Positions 1 to 11,185 of a stretch of DNA of 64,000 nt are shown here, in pieces. Below the pieces are notes generated by a model. The model saw only the letters and a list, made by a program, of their open reading frames with translations, did not search any database and was not told where the DNA came from. The position numbers were made by a program, and so were the translations under genes. The DNA is from Macrostomum hystrix (Eukaryota; Animalia; Platyhelminthes): NCBI GenBank assembly GCA_950097015.1, contig CATNEN010000029.1, positions 2,542,001 to 2,606,000 on the forward strand, read 5' to 3'. The stretch's first letter is position 1. The number at the start of each line of letters is the position of its first letter.

Positions 1-297
1 TAGATGAGGCTGGGAGTGAAGAGATAAAGTAGAGTTAATCGTGGGTTGGAGTGATGGCTGCCCTGATCATTGCAGGCTGCACTCACAAGCGCAATAACCA
101 GGCGATATCCAGGAAGCAGTTCTGATCAATTTTCCAAGTCAATGAGTATAAGCACGGATTTTTTGGGCGTCCAACAAATTTGATCTCAAAGCAAACTTAC
201 CCGAGCCTCATAATGGGCCAGTGATTTAGAAGAATTCAATACTTCCCCCCAGCCTTCAAGGTAAGGTGGCAGCTTTTGCCTGCAGGTATTGAGGGGC

Positions 298-299
<2 letters not shown>

Positions 300-328
<29 letters not shown>
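300..328. repeat. (AC)n microsatellite
   Basis: About 14 perfect AC units. Confidence 0.95.
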
Positions 329-330
<2 letters not shown>

Positions 331-1061
331 TCCCACTGAGAAATGGCGAAGGGAAACTTGTGCAGTTGAGAACAAATGAGAATTCTCATCGATTGGCAGC
401 GGGCTGTGCGGATAAGAATCCCATTGTTTAGCCAGCTTAGGCCAAATGAGGATTTCGAGTCAGATGTGCAACTTTGGGAAAAGAACTGCAGAGCTACTTA
501 GTTGGAGAGAGGATTAATGAGCCGCCAGTGGGATTTTCAATTGATTAAAAAAGTCCTGGAATGCCGGGCCGCATAGAAGAGGGATGTGATTTTTTAATTC
601 TTCATTGCACTTTTCTCCCATCTCCCCCTAGAAGAGCGCTAGATTTTAAAGGCCTCTTTTTTTAAAGGCTGTTTGACTTTTAAGGGATTTGGGAAACGAG
701 TCGTGATGGAGATAGATGGTGAGGGCTGGGAGATTTCCCTGCCCTCTTTGTTCAGTGAGATCCCCCTTGATTTTCCTTGGCGAATTTGTTGCTTCTTCGT
801 CTAGCCTTCAAGTCTTTGATGCTAAAAAATAGTCATTTAATATTCAAAAATTGAAGTGCAGCTGGCAAAAGTACATTTTTTCAGCCCTACAATTTATCTG
901 GAGTGATTAATGAAAACAATCACACAGAAAGTTGATGAAATTTATTGTTTTCGAATGGCAGGTAATTTAGTGACGAGGAAAGGTGTCGGGTGGTGATGAG
1001 GACACACCTGGCTGCTGCTGGAAAGAGAGCATGAATAATCTGCATGATGAGATTAGGCTTC

Positions 1062-1880
1062 GAGATGAAGGGACGGAGATTAAATCAGGGAGATTCGAGA
1101 CTAAGGGGTGGAGAGTCTAGCTGAAGGGATGCAGACTCGAGATGAAGTGATGCAGACTCGAGATGAAGGGATGCAGACTCGAGATGAAGGGATGCAGACT
1201 CGAGATGAAGGGATGGAGAATCAGGATGAAGAGAGAGTCGAGTTGAAGGGATTACGAACAGGGATGAAGGGATGGAAAGTAGAGATGAAGGGATGGAAAG
1301 TAGAGATGAAGGGATGGAAAGTAGATATGAAAGGTTGGAAAGTAGAGATGAAGGGATGGAAAGTAGAGATGAAGGGATGGAAAGTAGATATGAAAGGTTG
1401 GAAAGTAGAGATGAAGGGATGGAAAGTATAGATGAAGGGATGGAAAGTATAGATGAAGGGAGGCAGGAAGATGCAAGATGAAGGGATGGAGAGTAGAGAT
1501 GAAGGGATGGAAAGTATAGATGTGGGGAGGGAGGGAGATGAAGGGATGGAAAGTAGAGATGAAGGGATGGAAAGTAGAGATGAAGGGATGGAGAGTAGAG
1601 ATGAAGGGATGGAGAGTAGAGATGAAGGGATGGAAAGTATAGATGAAGGGATGGAAAGTATAGATGAAGGGAGGCAGGAAGATGCAAGATGAAGGGATGG
1701 AGAGTAGAGATGAAGGGATGGAAAGTATAGATGTGGGGAGGGAGGGAGATGAAGGGATGGAAAGTAGAGATGAAGGGATGGAAAGTAGAGATGAAGGGAT
1801 GGAGAGTAGAGATGAAGGGATGGAGAGTAGAGATGAAGGGATGGAGAGTAGAGATGAAGGGGGGAGGTGCAAGATGAAGG
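1062..1880. repeat. 21-bp purine-rich minisatellite (GATGAAGGGATGGAAAGTAGA and variants)
   Basis: Direct tandem units; the left part has the variant GATGAAGGGATGCAGACTCGA. Explains ORFs 1085-1988. Confidence 0.9.
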
Positions 1881-2620
1881 GATGAAGGTTATTGGGAAGA
1901 AAAGCGCTTCAGTGACGAAGTGACAGAGCTTAGATGACAAAATTTTCGCGAAGAGAAAAATCGATCTTCGACCTGAGAAGAAGTGCAAAGTATCAGTGTC
2001 CGGGACCTATTACTAGGATGCGAATTAAGATACGTAATTTCGCCCTCTAAAAAGTGTCTCTGTCACTTGGCTGCCAGTCACTCAATATTCTGCAACCGGA
2101 AGTGTCCGCTAGCTAGGGCCATGCACTGACACCGTTGAGCGATGAAGTGAAGCTCCACAATTCCATCCCTCAGCAAAAAGCCATAGCCGATTTTTATCCA
2201 GTGTAGCAAAGTGCCAATGCTCACACGTTCTATTTATATATATATATTTCATATATGAGCTAAGATATACGAAGGCACAGTATGATATCAATCAACGACA
2301 TTCGGAAATAGAGCTAGCGAACTCGCGATGGCAGCAACGCCAGCAGAGAGAGAGAGCTGCAGTCCTGGAGGTGCGTGCTTGCGCTGGTTCGGGGAGCTAA
2401 AAGAATGAGAAACTATCTGCTGCTTTTTTCTGACTGCTACTTCCTCGCCACCGATTCCAAAAGGTTGACTTTTTTATTTATCTACCTCAATTTCTATCTC
2501 ACTGTGCAAAAATCTTATCTCTTCGATCATCTTTGATTGATTACTTGCCGATAAGATTCTGTTACAGGGAATTCATTTTACACACTTGTACAGCCGATTC
2601 ATTCACTCAAATGTCTGATC

Positions 2621-3332
2621 TTGTACATCTGCTCACTGACATGCTCAGTCATGTACATCTGCTCACTGACATGCTCAGTCATGTACATCTGCTCACTGAC
2701 ATGCTCAGTCATGTACATCTGCTCACTGACATGCTCAGTCATGTACATCTGCTCACTGGCATGCTCAGTCATGTACATCTGCTCACTGACACGCTCAGTC
2801 ATGTACATCTGCTCACTGACATGCTCAGTCATGTACATCTGCTCACTGACATGCTCAGTCATGTACATCTGCTCACTGGCATGCTCAGTCATGTACATCT
2901 GCTCACTGACACGCTCAGTAATGTACATCTGCTCACTGACATGCTCAGTCATGTACATCTGCTCACTGACATGCTCAGTCATGCACATCTGCTCACTGGC
3001 ATGCTCAGTCATGTACATCTGCTCACTGACATGCTCAGTCATGTACATCTGCTCACTGACATGCTCAGTCATGCACATCTGCTCACTGGCATGCTCAGTC
3101 ATGTACATCTGCTCACTGACATGCTCAGTCATGCACATCTGCTCACTGGCATGCTCAGTCATGTACATCTGCTCACTGGCATGCTCAGTCATGTACATCT
3201 GCTCACTGGCATGCTCAGTCATGTACATCTGCTCACTGACATGCTCAGTCATGTACATCTGCTCACTGACATGCTCAGTCATGTACATCTGCTCACTGAC
3301 ATGCTCAGTCATGCACACCTGCTCACTGACAT
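2621..3332. repeat. 30-bp minisatellite (ATGTACATCTGCTCACTGACATGCTCAGTC), about 24 copies
   Basis: Near-perfect 30-nt periodicity. Explains ORFs 2533-3517. Confidence 0.95.
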
Positions 3333-3834
3333 GTCTTTGGCCTTCAGTACATTCGCATGTCGTGACCAGTGGCAATCAGTGTTGGCAGGAAAATAGGTTT
3401 TTGTCTTTTATTTGGCTAGCAACTAGGCGAGATATTCGCATTTCTGGCAGCTTATTTCGTATCTTCACAGCCCCGAGCTCTCAGATTCTTCTCGGCATGC
3501 TCAGAATCAACTTCTGACACTTCCCACCACTGTTAATTGGGATTCTTTACTCCTACCCTTAGCCTCCCGCTGCTCTAGCATCCGCCCTCCCTGATTGTGT
3601 GCAATTATGCGCGGCGGTCATCATTCCTGGAATTCTTTGCCAAAGCCAGACACAGTTGGGAAAAATGGGGGGGACGAGTAGTTAGGGATTTTTCTGATTT
3701 CGCATCAGAAAGCAAGTCTTTGCGCGTTAGCCTGAGGCTCATTGGATTAGGACACAGTCGGTTGAAATCAATTACTTAGGTGTTTGAGTACATAGTTGTC
3801 TCAGAAATGAATAGAGAGTGGTGAGATTAATCTA

Positions 3835-4100
3835 ATCAGTTGAGCTCAGACTAGAGTCTGCTCAGTTGAGCTCAGACTAGAGTCTACTCAGTTGAGCTCA
3901 GACTAGAGTCTACTCAGTTGAGCTCAGACTAGAGTCTACTCAGTTGAGCTCAGACTAGAGTCTGCTCAGTTGAGCTCAGACTAGAGTCTGCTCAGTTGAG
4001 CTCAGACTAGAGTCTGCTCAGTTGAGCTCAGACTAGAGTCTACTCAGTTGAGCTCAGACTAGGGTCTACTAAGTTGAGCTCACACTAGGGTCTGCTCAGT
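3835..4100. repeat. 26-bp minisatellite (CTCAGTTGAGCTCAGACTAGAGTCTR), about 10 copies
   Basis: Tandem units starting about 15 nt inside the intron that follows the minus-strand donor at 4114. Confidence 0.9.
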
Positions 4101-4114
4101 TTAAGCAGCCTCAC

Positions 4115-4178
4115 CTCGCCCTCGCTTGAGTCTCCTCCGCAGTATACGCCTCCATCATCGTCGAAAAGCTCTCGAAGG

Positions 4179-4213
<35 letters not shown>

Positions 4214-4516
4214 AGTTGGCGGCCTGCCAGTGAGCAGGGCGCTAGTAACTTTCTCGTCGCGGTCCCTAGAGAAGAGTTTTACAGTGCGAATGACGGCTAG
4301 GCGCTTGCGCAACGGCGCCCAAGCCTTGGAGCCGGAGGAGCCTGAAGCCGCAGTCGGTGACGCAGCCGATTTGCTGGACTCGACCGCGGCCGCGGCTGTT
4401 GTAGCCGACGTTGCCTGATGCTGCTGCTGCTGAGGATGACCGTCAGACATTGTGACTGATTTCATTGATCCTTCTGACGGCAGAAACTGGGCGCAATTTC
4501 CAGCATAATCCCCCAC
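4115..4516 (-). CDS. Probable first coding exon of an unidentified gene (polyQ, Ala/Ser-rich N-terminus)
   Basis: Open frame MGDYAGN...DSSEGE ends at a phase-0 donor GAG|GTGAGG (4115/4114). It is GC-rich and non-repetitive, and includes (CTG)11 at 4181-4213 encoding Q11. No family recognised, and downstream exons not identified. Confidence 0.5.
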
Positions 4517-4874
4517 TGCTCAGCGCTCGCTTTGAACCCCCCGGGACCGTTGCTCTATCGTCCGTTGATATATTTTCGATCCTCCCTGATTTGAAATCCC
4601 GAGCTTAACTTTAAGCCTAATTTCTCTATATACTAATTTGGTTGCTAGTGCAGTCCTCTGTGTCGCGGAAATTCTGTCTCTCCAAAGCCAAGCTGAGCTG
4701 GTGCATCGGGCATTGGTCGGCAGCGACACTAACCAATGGCCGGCCGGCCGTCGGATCGGTCAAGAAAGCAGTCGTTGTTCTCACTCAATATGCTAGTATA
4801 TTGGAGTTGTTGCAGTTTTTTGTTAGAAAAGCAGGGCAAAAAATACGCTTAGCTATTGTTTTACGCTACGCTAG

Positions 4875-5055
<181 letters not shown>

Positions 5056-5894
5056 CACTAGTCTTAAACGCAATAAAAATGGCACTGAGGCAAAGTTCGC
5101 TGCATGGATTGGCGCGCCAGACGATAGACTTTGGCTGCGGGGCTGAACTGCAAACTCATCAGCGCAACCCCTACCTTCCCTGCTGCAGTCGCCATTGTTT
5201 GTGCTCCACCTCCCTCCCTGTCCGCCATCCCAGACCCGCCGTAGCATCCATCCGCCCGCCCCCTCAGGCGCACTTTTATGAGGCCGCAAGCTCTTTGGCC
5301 AATTCCCATCACTGAGTTAACCCCCTCATCCCCCCTGAGGGCGGAGAGAATCTAGCGAGCGTCAGAAATATAGCTTTTGACTCGGCTGACTGTAGCGGAA
5401 GGATCCACAGTTTTTTTCATGTATAATTTTGCAAGGTCTGCAAGTCTAACTCTATCCACTGCACTCAGGTGGCGAGCGGGATTAAGCTGCAGATTTCGGA
5501 TTAGAAAACAGCTAGTTCCATTTTGCACTCACGCACACACAGATGTCAGTAGCTCTCAAGTCAGATTTAGCTGCATGTCTGTAGCCAAATCTGTCTCCCT
5601 TACTGGAAAAAGTGTAGTGTGTTTTTATTTCAAAATTTTTTTCCCAAACTTTTTTGGGCGATTGTGTCGTCAGATTTGAAGCGACAATGTCGAGCCTAAT
5701 GGATCGCCTAATGGAGTCTGTGAATCCCCATTTGCTTAATAGCGTCAATATTGTCTCACACAGCCTGCCAGACCCTGTAGTTTACTTTCAGAACCAACTT
5801 TCAGTCGCAGTTCAGTTTTACAACTGGCTGCATCTCACAGCTGACTTGGGACTCTGATAGTCCCATTGCTAGACGGCTGCTAAAACTGCCCAAT

Positions 5895-6240
5895 CAGTCT
5901 CACTCCATCATCTCATTCAGTCTCACTCCATCATCTCATTCAATCACTCCATCATCTCATTCAATCACTCCATCATCTCATTCAGTCTCACTCCATCATC
6001 TCATTCAGTCTCACTCCATCATCTCATTCAGTCTCACTCCATCATCTCATTCAGTCTCACTCCATCATCTCATTCAGTCTCACTCCATCATCTCATTCAG
6101 TCTCACTCCATCATCTCATCTCATTTAGTCTCACTCCATCATGTCATTCAGTCTCACAGTCCCATAGTCCCACAGTCCCACAGTCCCACAGTCCCACAGT
6201 CCCACAGTCCCACAGTCCCACAGTCCCACAGTCCCACAGT
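5895..6240. repeat. 23-bp minisatellite (CAGTCTCACTCCATCATCTCATT) followed by an 8-bp (CAGTCCCA)n array
   Basis: Two abutting arrays with a junction near 6150. Confidence 0.9.
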
Positions 6241-6689
6241 CAGATTTCTCTTGCAGTTCCAGTTTGGCAAAATTTATCCATGAATTAAACACGAGCCAAC
6301 TCAAAAGACCCAGCCCTTTTAAGTGCGCACCATCCCAATCCCCCTCATATTGCTGAGCAAATCTTGAGCATGAGTATGACCTGATCCTTTCTCTTTCACG
6401 GGCCCAGTGCTGAGCTTCAGTGCTCAAACAGTACGAGCCACTTCACATAAGCAAGAGAGGACTCTGGGAATCTTAATAGCAAAATGTAAAGACAGAAAGA
6501 GCGAAAAATCTGATTTCACTATTGAACTATTTTACCATAAATGAGCATAGACTAGTGCAAGCTGCTTTGGCTGCTTGAGTACTGTGTATAGTATGATTAC
6601 CACATGTCCTGCTTCAAACTATGTTTGCTTTAGCTAAGCCTTTAGAATATTTGCCTGTAAGTATGAGAGCGAACTAAAAGAAGTTGGCG

Positions 6690-7850
6690 CACAATGCCCT
6701 CCCTCCTAACACAGCCCACAATGTCTTCCCTATCCTACACAGCCCACAATGCCCTCCCTATCCTACACAGCCCACAATGCCCTCCCTATCCTACACAGCC
6801 CACAATGCCCTCCCTATCTTACAAAGCCCTCAATGCCCTCCCTCCTAACACAGATTTGCTCATGTCCTCTCTATCCTACACAGCCCACAATGCCCTCCCT
6901 ATCCTACACAGCCCACAATGCCCTCCCTATCCTACACAGCCCACAATGCCGTCCCTATCCTACACAGCCCACAATGCCCTCCCAATCCAACACAGACCAC
7001 AATGCCCTCCCTATCCTACGCAGCCCACAATGCCGTCCCTATCCTACACAGCCCACAATGCCCTCCCAATCCAACACAGACCACAATGCCCTCCCTATCC
7101 TACACAGCTTAAAATGCCCTCGCTATCCTACACAGCCCACAATGCCCTCCCTATCCTACGCAGCCCACAATGCCGTCCCTATCCTACGCAGCCCACAATG
7201 CCGTCCCTATCCTACGCAGCCCACAATGCCGTCCCTATCCTACACAGCCCACAATGCCCTCCCAATCCAACACAGACCACAATGCCCTCCCTATCCTACG
7301 CAGCCCACAATGCCGTCCCTATCCTACACAGCCCACAATGCCCTCCCAATCCAACACAGACCACAATGCCCTCCCTATCCTACACAGCTTAAAATGCCCT
7401 CGCTATCCTACACAGCCCACAATGCCCTCCCTATCCTACGCAGCCCACAATGCCGTCCCTATCCTACGCAGCCCACAATGCCGTCCCTATCCTACACAGC
7501 CCACAATGCCCTCCCTATCCTACGCAGCCCACAATGCCGTCCCTATCCTACACAGCCCACAATGCCCTCCCAATCCAACACAGCCCACAATGCCCTCCCA
7601 ATCCTACACAGCCCACAATGCCCTCGCTATCCAACACAGACCACAATGCCCTCCCAATCCTACACAGCCCACAATGCCCTCGCTATCCAACACAGACCAC
7701 AATGCCCTCCCAATCCAACACAGACCACAATGCCCTCCCAATTCAACACAAACCACAATGCCCTCCCTATTCTACGCAGCCCATAATGCCCTCCTTATCA
7801 TAAACAGCCCACAATGCCCCCCTATCCAACACTGCTTAAAATGCCCTATT
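6690..7850. repeat. 28-bp minisatellite (CCACAATGCCCTCCCTATCCTACACAGC), about 40 copies
   Basis: Tandem units with recurring variants. Explains ORFs 6694-7853. Confidence 0.93.
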
Positions 7851-8606
7851 TGACGTATTTTTAATTATTGAATCAAACATTTAGACCGTAAGACTTGTGG
7901 AGAAGAGCTTCAAGAGATTCAAGAACTATTTGAATCATCAGAAGGAATTGATTCACCATTATTGACCTCTTCAATTCGCTATATTTGTGGATCTGAAATG
8001 CTATAATCCTGTACTTATTATACTACTGGCTTACAGATTTTCTGAGTAGCAATTATCGCACATGCAAGAAATGTAACATAAATTGCATTGCATTGTAGAA
8101 TTGGGGCGAGCAGGCAGTTCATAGATTCGGAATTGGAATTCAAAGGCGCCTGGTCACTATAAACAAATGCAGGAAGTTTCTTTCCTTGCCAAAGAAGCTG
8201 GTATTTTCAATTTTCACTTTTTCTACTTTTTCTTTTTCTTCTGTCACTAATTTTAGTCCAAACAAACCCGGGTTGGCGGGAAAGCTGCCACGTCAGCTGT
8301 TGCTGCTGTCACACAACGATAGAACTACAGAAGATTCTTATTCTCTAATTTCTATTCTTTATGTCTCTTATCCATCTACGTGTCTTTTCATGAGCACAGA
8401 CATATATTCGATAATTAAACTGGAGAAAGTGCATGGCCATTGTGATTTTGGCTAGCTTGAGATGGAAAACTAATCAGAGCCAATCAGAATTTTTTTGTCG
8501 CTGAATTCTTGCGCGTTAGAAGCTGCACCTTAACCTTTGAGTCCATTTTATATGAATTATAAATTTGATTAATATGATATTAGCAGGAGGGCTGTGGATT
8601 CTTTAT

Positions 8607-8930
8607 GATTTGGTGTCACTAGACCCAAATCCAGCAAGGAGGCAATTCGGCCCATTTCACTGACTCCTTAACACACACTCACACAGGTGTGTACATATAT
8701 TTATTTGGGGTGCAGCCACTGAGAGAAGACTTGGGCCAACCTTCAAGGTACAGTGAGAGTGTACACTGCCTGACGATGAGAAAGTAATGGCGGATGTACA
8801 CACATGTGTGAGCGTGTGCCTGCGTACAGTATCTGAGTGTGCGTGTAATCAGGAATCAGCGAAATGGGCAGAATTGCCTCCTCGCTGGCTGCGGGTCTAG
8901 TGTCACCAAATGATGTGCCATTACCCACCG
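8607..8930. mobile_element. Two partial copies of SINE family A in inverted orientation
   Basis: 8607-8696 matches the reverse complement of 8793-8930. Both match the dispersed repeat at 41575-41860 and 34779-34930. Confidence 0.7.
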
Positions 8931-9211
8931 GTCTCGTGCAACTATTATTCTAATAACACAAACACAAAAAATTATTCAGCACTCAAAGTGAAGTCCAGTC
9001 CATTGCTAAATTGGTAAGGCAAGACTTCGATTCAGTGTTGCTATGGGAGCAGACAACAGTTGGACACTCACAGCCAATCAAAAGCGTCCTGTCTGCCTCC
9101 ATTTCTCTTTCTATATCTATAGTGGCTAATCTGGCGGGGGGATAATAGGGCCAGCAAAGATTTCTAGGCGCGATCGCTTGCCCGCATCCAGGAGCAGAAG
9201 ACCCGACAGAG

Positions 9212-9679
9212 ATGGCGGTCAACCCGGCGGACACCGTGACCATCACGGTTGGCGGCTGCAACTTTGTAACGCGCCGAGCCACCCTGTACCGATTCCCCAA
9301 CACCCGGCTGTACACTCAGATTGCTGCAGACGAGATGCAGCGGGACACTTACTATTTCGACCGGGATCCAGAGGTATTCCGCTTCATTCTCGACTTCTAC
9401 CGAACTGGCGAGCTGCATCTGCCCACTAACATCTGCGGCCCCTTCGTGCGCAAGGAGCTCATCTTCTGGGGCATCTACGAGAGCAGCATCTGGCCCTGCT
9501 GCCTGCCGCACTACATGCGCTTCGACGAGGAGAAGCGCACGAAGAACACGCTATTCAAAGACTGCTTCGAGGACATCCAGCCGATGCAGTCGCTGGTTGG
9601 CTGCAGCCGGGGCATTCGCAGGATGCGCTACCGACTCTGGCTCTTCCTGGACTACCCGACATCATCGCTGCCGGCAAAG
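9212..9679 (+). CDS. Voltage-gated K+ channel, Shaw/Kv3-like, coding exon 1 (T1/BTB domain)
   Basis: YFDRDPEVFRFILDFYRTGELHLPTNICGPFVRKELIFWGI...WPCC contains the HX5C...CC zinc motif and resembles Shaw T1. Phase-0 donor AAG|GTGAGT. The frame is open back to an acceptor at 9167, so an upstream exon is possible. Confidence 0.9.
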
Positions 9680-9819
9680 GTGAGTGTGGAACCGGTTCTG
9701 TCCCTGCGAATTAGGCCATAGACTACCGTCCCACAGTTGTTCGGCCCCAGAGAATCTTTGGTGGGGTCAGTAGAAATGAATTATCCAATTTTGTCTATGG
9801 CTCAAGCATATCTTCAATA

Positions 9820-10298
9820 CCTTATCACACGTCCTTCAGTTCTTCAATCCCTTATCTCACGTCCTTCAGTTCTTCAATACCTTACCTCACGTCCTTCAGT
9901 TCTTCAATCCCTTACCTCACGCCCTTCAGTTCTTCAATCCCTTACCTCACGCCCTTCAGTTCTTCAATCCCTTACCTCACGCCCTTCAGTTCTTCAATCC
10001 CTTACCTCACGTCCTTCAGTTCTTCAATCCCTTACCTCACGTCCTTCAGTTCTTCAATACCTTATCTCACGCCCTTCAGTTCTTCAATCCCTTACCTCGC
10101 GTCCTTCAGTTCTTCAATCCCTTACCTCACGTCCTTCAGTTCTTCAATACCTTATCTCACGTCCTTCAGTTCTTCAATCCCTTACCTCACGTCCTTCAGT
10201 TCTTCAATCCCTTACCTCACGTCCTTCAGTCCTTCAATCCCTTACCTCACGTCCTTCAGTCCTTCAATCCCTTACCTCACGTCCTTCAGTCCTTCAAA
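9820..10298. repeat. 30-bp pyrimidine-rich minisatellite (GTCCTTCAGTTCTTCAATCCCTTACCTCAC), Kv intron 1
   Basis: About 15-16 tandem copies. Confidence 0.93.
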
Positions 10299-11185
10299 TA
10301 TTTTATAAATCAGAATTTAAGCCGTCAAAGCAGCAGCTAGGATTCTTAGTTACAAGCGATAAATATTCTGAAGGATTTTTCTACTGAAAATAAAAAACTG
10401 CTTTAAATTTGGCGATGCGTTACCCGAATATTAGCATCATTTTTGTCATCTGCCTCTGATAAAGTGCTCGGACATGCCAACCTGATGCAGTCCCAGCTCT
10501 TTGAGCAATGCTTTGAGCAACTAAATGATTGATAGGCACAACGCATTTGATGCTCTATGTAATGTTAATCCAATCCAAACACAACCATCGAACTGACTAA
10601 AGAGGGGGAGATGCCAAAATAGTCCCGAGCCAGCTTCCGAAATTAATTCCAAATCAGCTATTCAGCAAAGCCACAGCTTCAGCAGCCGATGAAGCAATGT
10701 GTGCTGTGTGCGCATATTGGGGGAATGTTTGCCCATAGCTATAACTGAAATCGGCATGCATTATGCAGGACCCAGCAGTTTGTTACCGATATTTCTCCAC
10801 TATGAACTCTATGACTGCTGAACTATCTGCCTTCTGCCTTCATTATTGCACGGCTGTTAAAAATCGGTTTCCAGGTCGTTTTTTTCCAAGAAAACGCCCT
10901 GGTTGTGACTTCTTCGGGCTTAACAATCGCAGAAAATTCCCCACGGGACCCATCTTGACAGCACCTGCTGCCGATGCTGCTGAAGGACTTGAAAGATCTG
11001 ACTGGCCCCAGACAGATAAAGGCGCTGAAGGCATCGGACTGACTAGGCTTCCATTATTTTCTAATTCGCTGCCTCTACGATATGGGAAGTTTTGCGCGTG
11101 ATCTGGCCTTGTACTCGTACATTTGCCAGCAAAATGCTTGCAGCTTTTCACTGTTCTCTGGACACCAGTTCCTTTTCAGTTGGCC

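Noticed and set aside
2329-2375. Possible plus-strand micro-exon ATGGCAGCA…GGAG|GTGCGT
   Set aside because: No partner exon found and no homology; may be chance.
1085-3517. Long ORFs of 200-298 aa
   Set aside because: They are translations of 21-bp and 30-bp tandem arrays, open in several frames and on both strands. The same applies to ORFs over 6694-7853, 9737-10387, 15423-16239, 17944-19059, 28931-29830, 30287-31245, 60239-61284 and 62791-63408.
8155-8295. TATAAA plus CCACGTCA as the Kv promoter
   Set aside because: Short motifs expected by chance, and no TSS evidence.
8765-8800. Possible minimal hammerhead ribozyme (CTGACGA-TGA-GAAA)
   Set aside because: No stem II, and no compatible stem I/III with an NUH site could be built.
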